Source: Octopus bimaculoides (taxonomy: Eukaryota). Taken from it: 33,916 nt of DNA. Below, one piece after another: positions 1-9,780 of the stretch. Within the stretch, counting starts at the first letter, position 1; every line of letters starts with the position of its first letter. The translations under genes were made by a program, and so were the position numbers. The notes under the pieces are model-generated. The model worked only from the letters and a program-made list of their open reading frames with translations, was not told the DNA's origin and did not search any database. The stretch spans positions 36,130,570 to 36,164,485 of the forward strand of contig NC_068981.1 in the NCBI RefSeq assembly GCF_001194135.2. The letters run 5' to 3'.

Positions 1-133
1 ATATATATATATTATATATATATGTATATGCATTTATGTATTAAATGGGAATAGTGAATTTCAAAGTCTTCTATATAGATACGCGGCAGCAGTTGCAACT
101 GCTAGGAAAATTGTCTGAGCAGTAGTTGCTGCA

Positions 134-134
<1 letters not shown>

Positions 135-183
<49 letters not shown>

Positions 184-190
184 TACTACT
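135..190. repeat. (CTA)n microsatellite
   Basis: Near-perfect CTA run; explains the poly-L and poly-V ORFs 126..347 and 61..264. Confidence 0.95.
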
Positions 191-1414
191 ACCACCTCAA
201 CCAACACCACCACCATCACAACCAAGTGCACCACTACTACCTTTCCCCACAAACACTGCTGCAATCATTGTTGTCAGGCTTACAGCAGCCTCAACAGCAG
301 GAACACTAGCAGTTAACATCTATAGCACTACGATTGTATGGAGGTAACCAATGAAACACTTCCACTGTATAGTTTTAGTTATTTCTTTGTCTTGTTTTCC
401 TTTTTAGATTTTTTTTTACTAACTTTGATTTTCTCCTTGTTAGAAATGCAGTAGTTTGTGCATGATCCACATGCAAAAGAAGAATTTAGATGTATTGAAA
501 ACAAGAATGTGAGAATATTTACCAAGATCTTAATTCTTTGTAAATCCTGTCAAATATGTACTTTGTATATCCTAAACTTAGAACATGCAAAAAAGTTGAA
601 GAATTATTTTCACCATCTAAAATATTCGAAATTCTGCTGGGTTTACCCAATTTCATATAAAATAAAAGCATTTATACACAAACTACTGCTTTGTTGTGTT
701 CTTATGTATTTGCATGTGTGTGTATGTTTGCATTTTCATGCATACGTATGTGGATGTATATCTATGTGTCTACCACTCTGTATGTATGTTTATATATATT
801 TATGTGTGTAAGTATAAGTTTATGTATACATACATATACATACATACATACATACATATTTATATATATATATATATANNNNNNNNNNNNNNNNNNNNNN
901 NNNNNNNNNNNNNNNNNNNNNNNNNNNNNNNNNNNNNNNNNNNNNNNNNNNNNNNNNNNNNNNNNNNNNNNNNNNNNNCACACATAAAAAATAGAAACGA
1001 GAATAAATATAATTAACATATATATTTTTTAAAAGATCTGTTCCAAATCTTTAATCTTAATTTCGTGGTCAGAAAGGTATTTGTAGAAGAAAACTTACTA
1101 CCCACTCTTCTACTACACTAACCTGACTGAAACCTAACTATCATGTGAATCATGTAGGCAATACTAATTAGTAGTCATAATGAATGAAGTACGAAATCAA
1201 AGGAAGAACATAGTACTAGAAAATTTGAATGGGTGGAGCTTTGGGTTTACATGAATGAATAAGCAACTCTGTTTTATGGATTGACTCCTATTCTCTTGTA
1301 CTTTTATACCTGATTGCATATATGTCTGTCGGTCTAACTGTTCTTTATTGGTTGCATTCACAGATCTGTAACTATATAAGGGCTTTGTCTTGAAGGTTTT
1401 AGTTAATCATATTG

Positions 1415-2678
1415 ATGGCCCTGCTCGATCTGTAGAAAAGGCATAGGTAGAAACTCCATAAGATGTACTCAGTGTAAACTATGGACACATACAAGGTGCA
1501 GCAATATTAAAGGAAGGTTAACTGGGAAGATAGTTTTTGTGTGTGGCAGATGCACAGGTGCATTAAACACTGAAGACGTACAGAAAACAAATTCCATTAC
1601 ATGCCAGGGGAAAAAACTAGAAGTAGATGATAGCTTCTGTTACTTAGGTGACCAAGTCAGTAGCAGGAGTGGATGACCTGAGAGGCTGCTAGAATAAGAA
1701 TAGCCTGGGCAAAGTTCAGAAAGCTCCTACCTCTGCTGATAACAAAGGGCCTCTCCTTCAGAGTGAAAGGTAGACAGTATGATAACTGTGTGCGAACAGC
1801 CATTCTACATGGCACTGAAACATGAGCTGTGACTGTTGAGGACATTTGTAGACTTGAAAGAAATGAAGCTAGTATGCTTCACTGGATGTGTAATGTCAGT
1901 ATGCATACACGACTGAGTGTAAGCATCCTGAGAGAAAAGTTGGACATAATAAGCATCAGATGGGGTGTGGAAGAGAGACAACTGCACTGGTATGGTCAGG
2001 TGTTGTGTATGGATGAAGATAGCTGTGTGAAGAAGTGTCTCACCCTAACAGTGGAAGAGATAGACCCAGGAAAACATAGGATGAGGTAGTGAAGCCTGAC
2101 CTTCAAATGTTGGGCCTCACAGAGGCATTGACAAGCGACTAAGACCTTTGCTTGAGAAGACCCAGCAAGCCAAGTAAGATCGTAGCTGTGACCGATGCCA
2201 GTGTCACATAACTGGCCCATTTAAAAGAAATTTTCAATCGTCAGGCAACATGCCATGCTTATGAAGACCTGTTAAACCAAGTGAAATCGTAGCTGTGGCT
2301 GATGCCAATGCCTCCTGACTGGCACCCAAGCTGGTGGCACATAAAAGGCACCATTCAAGCATGGCTAATGCCAGTATCACCTGACTGGCATGTAAAAAGC
2401 CCCCTTCAAGCATGGCTGATGCCAGTGTTGCCTGACTGGCTCCTGTGCCTGTGGCATGTAAAAAGCACAATTTGAGTGTGGTAGATGCCAGTACCACCTG
2501 ACTGGCTCCCATGCCAGAGGCATGTAAAATGCACCCACTACACTATTGTAGTGGTTGATGTTAGGAAGGTCATTCGGCTGTAGATTGGAGCCTGGTGCAG
2601 CCTCGTGGCTTGCCTGTCAAACCATCCAACCCATACCAGAATGGAAAGCGAATGTTAAACAATGATAATGATGATGAC
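1415..2678 (+). mobile_element. 5'-truncated, decayed RTE-clade LINE (PHD finger + RT C-terminus + tandem-repeat 3' UTR + (GAT)n-type tail)
   Basis: The frame at 1416-1673 reads WPCSICRKGIGRNSIRCTQCKLWTHTRCSNIKGRLTGKIVFVCGRC...KLEVDDSFCYLGDQVSS. Downstream, with stops and frameshifts: RIRIAWAKFRKLLPLL, ERNEASMLHWMCNVS, LHWYGQVLCMDEDSCVKKC, which is typical RTE ORF2 C-terminus. It ends with ccaacccatacc...gttaaac aatgataatgatgatg. Homologous to 4321-5125. Confidence 0.9.
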
Positions 2679-2866
2679 TCCACTATCTATTTCATGTAGA
2701 TACTTATTTTATCAATATCTATTTGTGGAACTGTTAGATTACTGAATATAACAGGTCACAACATAAACAACATTGGTTTTTAAACTGGTTTAAAGATAAA
2801 CATAAATATATGCATTCAGCCGCTCTGTGATAATCACATACACACATGCTAAGGTATATATTGAAA

Positions 2867-2978
2867 GAAAGAGAGAGAGAGAGAGGTAGAGAAAGAGAAG
2901 GGAAAAAGGGAGTGGGAAAGGGAGAGAGAGGGAGAGAGAGGGAGAGAGAGGGAGTGAGAGAGAGAGAGAGAGAGAGAT
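2867..2978. repeat. (GA)n / GGGAGA purine-rich microsatellite
   Basis: Direct reading. Confidence 0.9.
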
Positions 2979-3237
2979 GGGCTCTGCCAGTTTAGATGCC
3001 TAACACACCACTTGTCATGGCAGTGCTCTTCTGACACCATTTTGAGTAGTCTCAAGCAAGGCATGCGTGTATGTGTGCATGTGTGTATTATGCATAAAAT
3101 ACATATATTTAATAACACCAATTAAAACTGAAATTCTACACCTTTGTTATTCCAAGTTCCATGTTACTGCATTTAACACATATAGGGAAGCAATAACATA
3201 TAACTCAGATTAATGATGCAGTAAAATCTCCTGTCAT

Positions 3238-3239
3238 CA

Positions 3240-3281
<42 letters not shown>
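3238..3281. repeat. (ATT)n microsatellite directly upstream of the SINE cluster
   Basis: Direct reading. Confidence 0.95.
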
Positions 3282-3282
<1 letters not shown>

Positions 3283-3503
3283 AGGTGGTGAGCTTGTAGA
3301 GTCATTAGCATGCTGGATGAAATGCTTGGCAGTATTTTGCCCATTGCTATGTTCTGAGTTCAAATTCCGCTGAGGTTAACTTTGTCTTCCATCCTTTCAG
3401 AGTCGATAAATTAAATAACCAGTGAAATTTTGGGGTCGACTAGTCCCCTCCTACAAAACTTCAGGCCTTGTACATATAATAGAAAGGATTATTATTATTA
3501 TTA
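3281..3503 (+). mobile_element. tRNA-headed SINE, family A (tail ...ggccttgt..tagaaagga(TTA)n)
   Basis: A-box-like ggtgagcttgtagagt, B-box gagttcaaattcc, central gtcttccatcctttcagagtcgataaatt block shared by other copies in the window, (TTA)n tail. Confidence 0.85.
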
Positions 3504-3508
3504 GCATT

Positions 3509-3729
3509 AAAGATGGTGAGCTGGCAGAATTGTTAGCATGCTAGGTAAAATGCTGAGTAGCATTTCATCCATCTTTACATCCTGAGTTAAAATTCTGCGA
3601 AGGTTGACTTTGCCTTTCATCATTTTGAGGTCGATAAAAAAAGCGTCAGGTAAGCACTGGGGTCGATGCAATTGACTTACACTCTCCCCTAAAATTGCTG
3701 GTCTGGTGCCAAAATTTGAAACCATTATT
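3509..3729 (+). mobile_element. SINE family A, subfamily with tail ...gtgccaaaatttgaaacc(ATT)n
   Basis: Aligns by eye to 3281-3503 and 3866-4091 over head and body; different 3' tail. Confidence 0.85.
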
Positions 3730-3865
3730 GTCGACTTTGACTTACATCCTTTCAGGGTTGATTAAATACGTGCCAGTTAAACACTGGGGTTAATGTAATC
3801 AACTTAACCCTTCCTCTGAAACTGCTGATCTTGTGCCAAAATTTGAAACCATTATCATTATTATT
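3730..3865 (+). mobile_element. 5'-truncated SINE family A (gtgccaaaatttgaaacc tail)
   Basis: Starts at tcgactttgacttacatcctttcaggg (central block); same tail as 3509-3729. Confidence 0.8.
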
Positions 3866-4091
3866 AAGGTGGTGAGCTGGCAGAACTTTTAGCATGCTGG
3901 ATGAAATACTTAGCAGTATTTCGCCCATCGCTATGTTCTGAGTTCAAATTCTGCCAAGGTCGACTTTGCCTTTCATCCTTTTAGAGTTGATAAATTAAGT
4001 ACCAATGTAGCACTGGTGTTGATATAATCGACTAGCCCCCTCCCCTGAAATTTTAGGCCTTGTGCCTTTAGTAGAAAGGACTATTATTATT
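3866..4091 (+). mobile_element. Full-length SINE family A (ggccttgtgcctttagtagaaagga tail)
   Basis: aaggtggtgagctggcagaa head, gagttcaaattc B-box, gactttgcctttcatcc core, TTA tail. Confidence 0.88.
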
Positions 4092-4320
4092 GAGCGAGAA
4101 AGCAGTGCATGTCATCAAAGTGACACTGGGGTACAAATATATGAAACCCAATATAACCACCATGACCACCTGTCTGATAAGGGTACCCTAGGTACATGCA
4201 TCACAATCATATATGATCTACATGATGATTTCATAGCAAGATAAACAGTGCATGGCCTTGCAAGTGAGCCCAGTTAGAATTTTCTTCAGCTCAAGTAGTC
4301 CATACGTAAGCTCGCAAGGA

Positions 4321-5124
4321 ATAAAGCCAGTATGCTCCGCTGGATGTGTAATGTCAATGTGAATACCCGTCAGAGTGTAAGTATCTTGAGAGAAAAGCTG
4401 AACATTAGAAGCATCAGTTGTGGTGTGCAAGAGAGACGATTGCGCTGGTATGGACATGTAGTGAGAATGGATGAGGATAGCTGCGTGAAAAAGTGCCACA
4501 CCCTAACAGTTGAGGGAACCCCTGGAAGAGGTAGGCCCAGGAAGACCTGGGCTGAGGTGGTGAGGCAAGACCTTCGTACATTGGGCCTCACCGAGGCGAT
4601 GACTACTGACCGAGACCTTTGGAAATGTGCTGTGCGTGAGAAGACCCGGNNNNNNNNNNNNNNNNNNNNNNNNNNNNNNNNNNNNNNNNNNNNNNNNNNN
4701 NNNNNNNNNNNNNNNNNNNNNNNNNNNNNNNNNNNNNNNNNNNNNNNNNNNNNNNNNNNNNNNNNNNNNNNNNNNNNNNNNNNNNNNNNNNNNNNNNNNN
4801 NNNNNNNNNNNNNNNNNNNNNNNNNNNNNNNNNNNNNNNNNNNNNNNNNNNNNNNNNNNNNNNNNNNNNNNNNNNNNNNNNNNNNNNNNNNNNNNNNNNN
4901 NNNNNNNNNNNNNNNNNNNNNNNNNNNNNNNNNNNNNNNNNNNNNNNNNNNNNNNNNNNNNNNNNNNNNNNNNNNNNNNNNNNNNNNNNNNNNNNNNNNN
5001 NNNNNNNNNNNNNNNNNNNNNNNNNNNNNNNNNNNNNNNNNNNNNNNNNNNNNNNNNNNNNNNNNNNNNNNNNNNNNNNNNNNNNNNNNNNNNNNNNNNN
5101 NNNNNNNGACGTTAAACGATGATG

Positions 5125-5125
<1 letters not shown>
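4321..5125 (+). mobile_element. 5'-truncated RTE-clade LINE, ORF2 C-terminus; 3' UTR lies in the N gap
   Basis: Stop-free MLRWMCNVNVNTRQSVSILREKLNIRSISCGVQERRLRWYGHVVRMDEDSCVKKCHTLTVEGTPGRGRPRKTWAEVVRQDLRTLGLTEAMTTDRDLWKCAVREKTR up to the gap. The gap is followed by the RTE terminus gacgttaaacgatgatgat. Confidence 0.92.
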
Positions 5126-5159
<34 letters not shown>

Positions 5160-5194
5160 GGCTCTCTTCTTTTTTTTGCTTCTGTATACCTACT

Positions 5195-5280
5195 GGAGGA
5201 GTTACCTCAATCTTATAAAATATTACCAAAAGTGAAGTAGATTGACAACAGGAGGAGTTACCTCAATCCTATAAAATATT
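5195..5280 (+). repeat. 30-bp direct repeat (5195-5224 and 5251-5280, one mismatch)
   Basis: ggaggagttacctcaatc(t/c)tataaaatatt occurs twice, 26 bp apart. Confidence 0.95.
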
Positions 5281-5329
5281 ATTATAATTAATAAATCTCT
5301 GAACGAGGTATAAACAGTAGCTGCACGAC

Positions 5330-5476
5330 AATGTGAAGTATATTTGCCACTTAAATGCGGCTAATCACTAAGGGTGGATGCTACTGTAGCTGGAAGTATT
5401 CTCCTGGGGCTACAAGCTACAGTAGTATTCACCTTTAGTGGTTAGCCGCATTTAAGTGGCAAATATACTTCACATT
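5330..5476. repeat. Fold-back inverted repeat: 62-bp arms (5330-5391 / 5415-5476), 23-nt loop
   Basis: Paired base by base: 58 Watson-Crick pairs and 4 G.T pairs on the + strand. Confidence 0.97.
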
Positions 5477-5709
5477 ATTATTATTATTATTGTTATTATT
5501 ATTATTGTTATTATTCTGGTCATCATTACTATTATTACTATCATTATTTTATTATTATTATTTTGGTTTGGCTCACATTTGGTCTTATTCTTGGTAGGAA
5601 TTATGTGGATAGCAGGTTACTATCTGTAACCTTAGGTATCCACAAGTTTTCAACAGTCTTTTAAGTGCTTAGAACTCTCACTATTATTATTATTATTATT
5701 ATTATTATT

Positions 5710-5940
5710 TAAGGAAGTGAGCTGGTAGAATCATTACTGCGATGGCCAAAATGCTTAGAGGCATTTCATCTATCTTTACATTCTGAGTTCAAACTTCAAC
5801 GAGGTCAACTTTGCCTTTCATCCTTTCGGGGCTGATAAATTATGTATCAGTGAAACAATGGGTTTGATGTAAACGACTAGACCCCTCCCTCAAAATTTCA
5901 GGCCTTGTGCCTTTAGTAAAAAAGATTATAATTACTATTA
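5710..5940 (+). mobile_element. SINE family A following (ATT)n
   Basis: aaggaagtgagctggtagaatc head, gagttcaaac B-box, gtcaactttgcctttcatcctttcgggg core, ggccttgtgcctttagtaaaaaaga tail. Confidence 0.85.
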
Positions 5941-7030
5941 TTAACTTTACCAAGTGTATTGAGTACTCTTCCCTTGTATACATACATGTGTGTATATATA
6001 CACGTACATACACACATGCACACACACGCATACACATATACACACACATGCAGCTATGCATGTGTGTGTCTGCATTTACATTCACACCTGTCTATAAGGT
6101 GGTGTTGTTAATGTTGTGTCGCATTGTATTTGCAAACTTTGCAGTTCCGCAAAAAGAAATCAATAGAATAGGTAACTGACTGAAATGAGAACTAAGGTTG
6201 ATATAATCAAACCCTTAAAAGCAGTGTCCTAGTATAACTCCTGTGTAATAATTGAAAATCAAATGACAAATAGGTATATACATGTATGCATACATACATA
6301 CATACACACACATGTATGTATGTATGTATGTATGTATGTATGTTNNNNNNNNNNGATAAATAGATAGATAAATATGAATATAGATACATGTATGTATATC
6401 TATATGCATGCATTCACTAGGATATACACAGACAATTTATCTATGTAAATGTATCAAATGTTTTAAATAATATACTTTAAATGAAATAGTAGTACATTAC
6501 CAAAATGCTATTTCTTTTTCATATTCTTTTGCCTTAGGAAAATTTTCTCATTCAATTAACATATTTCTCTAAATTCAAATGCGATATCTTTTCCTCTCTT
6601 TATGTACACTAAAATATCTCTTAACTGACACACACGTGTGTGCACTTGCATTTTGGCATGTACATATGTTGTTTCTATGTTTTTTGCATTTGTATGCATT
6701 TTAGTGTATGTGTACATTGAATAATACATGTCTGTTATGCATCACGAGAAATGCTTTAGCTAATTGTGTCATGCATGTGCACAACTGCAGTCTACGTTTT
6801 CTTCCTGAAGAACACACATTGTCACGTTTACTGAAGATTAACACAGCAGGTAGCTATGCACACTCTCACTTAGAAGTTCATGTTATTATTAGATAGCCGT
6901 GTGACAATATGGCAACCTGACACACTTAAAGACATTTAAACTTGGGAAAACATGTCTCTTTCCTCAACTCAGTCTTATATGTGGGTAATATGACACAATT
7001 GTTCACACTATCCATATACTTTGGATGTAC

Positions 7031-7145
7031 CAAGTGGTTTTCTTTTGCTGAATTTATTTCTCTATATCTGTTCATTTCTTGTAAATATCGGTCATGATTA
7101 ATCATATGCAAAATGATGGCAGTTTCTATTTCATTGCATTTGTTT
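7031..7145 (-). CDS. Weak candidate exon of the minus-strand gene (NKCNEIETAIILHMINHDRYLQEMNRYREINSAKENHL)
   Basis: Protein-like open frame after ctaacctAG; donor uncertain (TTG|GTACAT). Not linked by phase to other exons. Confidence 0.25.
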
Positions 7146-7606
7146 CTAGGTTAGAATGTAATTTTAATCAATACTGAAATTAAATTATTTAAATATAAAA
7201 AAAATGTAGAATGTAGAAGTAGAACAAAATATTCCTTTTAAACATAGTTATTCTATGTATATATGTTATATCATTCATGTTATCATCTTCATTGCTGCTA
7301 TATTCAACATCATCATATCCACTATCAAAACTGTTGCTGGCATCCCTCCTCCATCATCATAATAATCAGTATCGCTATCAACAACAACAGTCTAATGAGT
7401 GAAACTCTTTATGACTGCTCAACCCCATTATTTTCATAATCTTTCTTTGAACTTTTCTACATCTATCTTGCATTACATTTCTTATCTATCTCTGCAACTA
7501 TCAAAATATTTTTATCTTCATGAGAAATATCGAGAAAACATATTAATGCTGAATAAGCATAATTTGTTTTTACATAATAATGATGATGATGATAATAATA
7601 ATAATA

Positions 7607-8110
7607 GAAATAAAAACTGAAAGAGGAAAAGAACACAAAAAAGAAACAACATGGAAGGAGAAAAAAATGTATGGTCAGTTTGCAAGAGATACGAATGCCA
7701 AGACAGATACAGAAGACTGGTGGCTATGGATGGGGAGGAGTGACTCGAAGATAGAGAAAGAAGCACTTATATGTGCAGCACAAGAACAAACATTAAGGAC
7801 TAACTATGTGAAGTACAGAATTGACAACACTACCAACAGAGACAAATGCACAATGTGTGGTGAGAGGGGTGAAATGGTATGTCACAGCGTTACAAAAGAT
7901 GACATGACAATGTGACAAGAATGATCCATTAGGAGCCCTGAGGAAATCACAGCCTACAAACAGCAAAGTCATGGTATGAGAAAACCCTAGAAAGAGTCAC
8001 TGAGAATCAAGATTGCAAAATCCTGTGAGATGCAATGATTCAGTGTGATCACCTCATCAGACATCAGAAACCAGACATTGTTGTGATGAATAAAAAAGAA
8101 AGAATGATTT
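7607..8110 (+). mobile_element. R4/Dong-clade non-LTR retrotransposon remnant A (post-RT region, CCHC knuckle, start of restriction-like endonuclease)
   Basis: WKEKKMYGQF...EALICAAQEQTLRTNYVKYRID...KCTMCGERGEMVCH; then, frameshifted and with stops, HDNV..MIH..KSWYE..ERVTENQDCKIL*DAMIQCDHLIRHQKPDIVV. Preceded by (TAA/GAT)n at 7575-7606. Confidence 0.88.
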
Positions 8111-8120
8111 CAAACAATAA

Positions 8121-8659
8121 CATGAACCAGAAAGTGTCACCGAGAACAAGGAATATGAGATACTGTGGGATTTTACAATCCATTGTGACATCATCATTGA
8201 GGCTTGGAGACCAGATATTGTTGTGGTAGATAAGGGAAAAAAAGGAAACCAAGATCATAGATATTGCAATACCTGGAGATACATGCATAAGTGACATAGA
8301 ACTAGAAGAGATTGAAAAGTACAGACTACTAAAAGATGAAATTGCAAGAATGTGGACTATGAGGAGAGTGTCTGTCATTCCAATAGTTGTAGGGGTATTC
8401 GGAGCACTAACTATCAAGTTTGAGAAACATGTCAGAGAAATTGGAATTGACATGAGAGCAGAGCAAGCCCAAAACACTGCTCTGCTGGGGATAGCTAGGA
8501 TTTTGAGATTGGCACCTGGATGCTGAATGTCACCCATGATAATTAACAACCAAGTATCAAAGCTTATAATATATGGAAAGTGACCCTGTAGGACCTCTGA
8601 TAGCAGGCTCCTGTTAGCTCTCACAGAATCTATCAGAACAAACAAGACTGAACGTTCTG

Positions 8660-8703
<44 letters not shown>

Positions 8704-8734
8704 GATAATAATAATAATAATAATAATAATAATA
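8121..8734 (+). mobile_element. R4/Dong-clade remnant B (complete PD-(D/E)xK-type endonuclease C-terminus, 3' UTR, (TAA)n)
   Basis: HEPESVTENKEYEILWDFTIHCDIIIEAWRPDIVVVDK / KKETKIIDIAIPGDTCISDIELEEIEKYRLLKDEIARMWTMRRVSVIPIVVGVFG...TALLGIARILRLAPGC* (stop 8524-8526, one frameshift in the A-run near 8235); (TAA)n at 8661-8734. Confidence 0.9.
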
Positions 8735-9322
8735 TCAAAATTAAAAGAAGAGTGCCATTGTTATCTAGTGAACGATATTTCGACATCTCGCGTGTTTTCA
8801 ACTGGTTCAAAAAATAAATTTGTCAATCTACTTCATTTTGGTTAATAAGTTCTAGCCATGACCATTTATACTAGCCACTGAGCAGATGCTGCTATACACA
8901 GAAGCATTCCATCCTCTAAAAAAAGAAAGGATGAAAACTGAGCCCTCAAATGGCAGTCATCAAGTACCAACGGTCAAATCTAAACAAGTTTGGGTTGATT
9001 CAAGTGAATCAGAGCCCTGTTGAGGCCAATTTTATTATGTAACTTTCCTATGTACCATATGAGGCAGAGTTTGTGGATAGGCTGGAAATGACTCTTTTCT
9101 GTACTTATGACTAAGTTACCAATAACAAGCACCAATAGCTTCATAAACACCTTAGTCAAATTATAAGAGCAATAATAACAAGATAATCAGTACCAGTGTT
9201 GCTTTTTATGTTTGCTTTTGTTTTTAAATATTATCTTGCAAAAACATCTTTATATTGTAAATATAAGGAAACCCCATTATTATTATTATTATTATTATCA
9301 TTATTATTATTTGATAATTTAT

Positions 9323-9325
<3 letters not shown>

Positions 9326-9380
<55 letters not shown>
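9326..9380. repeat. (TA)n microsatellite
   Basis: Direct reading. Confidence 0.95.
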
Positions 9381-9383
<3 letters not shown>

Positions 9384-9654
9384 TAAGTTTTTGAAAAATG
9401 TTCTTAATTTTAAATTATTTTTAAGACTATTAATAGTGTTCCATTTAAACTATTCTCAGAGTGCATTCATTCTAGATTGAAATGATAAATTCAATTTGTA
9501 TCAGCAGCACATTGAAATTATATTTAGAATGAATAACTTTTATGAGACAAGTGTTGTTCTTTTATTTATAATTTCTGTTGAATTTGTATTTGTGTCTGTT
9601 ATAATGGCTTTATTATCATTATAATATGTCTTAACATCATCATTATTGTCACTA

Positions 9655-9780
9655 AGGAGATTCAATGGCTGTGTGATTAAGTTAAGGTTTATTGATCACA
9701 GAGTCATATGTTCAGATCTGACTGGTGCTATTGTGCTGTCCCTCTGAACAAGGCACAAGAATCTGCTTGCTTCAAATTGA
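9655..9780 (+). mobile_element. Highly degenerate tRNA-headed SINE fragment
   Basis: atggctgtgtgattaag A-box-like, atgttcagatc B-box-like, then ctctgaacaaggcac resembling the cttgaggaaggcac block of 21005-21260. Confidence 0.35.

Noticed and set aside
61-1019. ORFs 61..264, 126..347, 691..987, 696..1016 and 762..1019, and similar YIYI/CVCV/THTH ORFs across the window
   Set aside because: Translations of (CTA)n, (TA)n, (CA)n, (CATA)n repeats or N gaps; no coding signal.
2197-2530. CRISPR-like appearance of the palindromic repeat array
   Set aside because: The inter-repeat sequences are homologous to each other rather than unique spacers, the array sits in a LINE 3' UTR, and there are no cas genes in a eukaryotic context.
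3281-3370. SINE heads as tRNA genes
   Set aside because: A/B-box-like motifs are present but I could not fold a cloverleaf, and each continues into a SINE body and tail.
4332-5240. 302-aa ORF, and overlapping 208-aa and 162-aa ORFs
   Set aside because: Length is inflated by 458 Ns; only the first ~106 codons are real RTE ORF2.
8064-8810. 248-aa minus-strand hydrophobic ORF
   Set aside because: Antisense to the R4/Dong endonuclease region plus (TAA)n read as poly-Leu.
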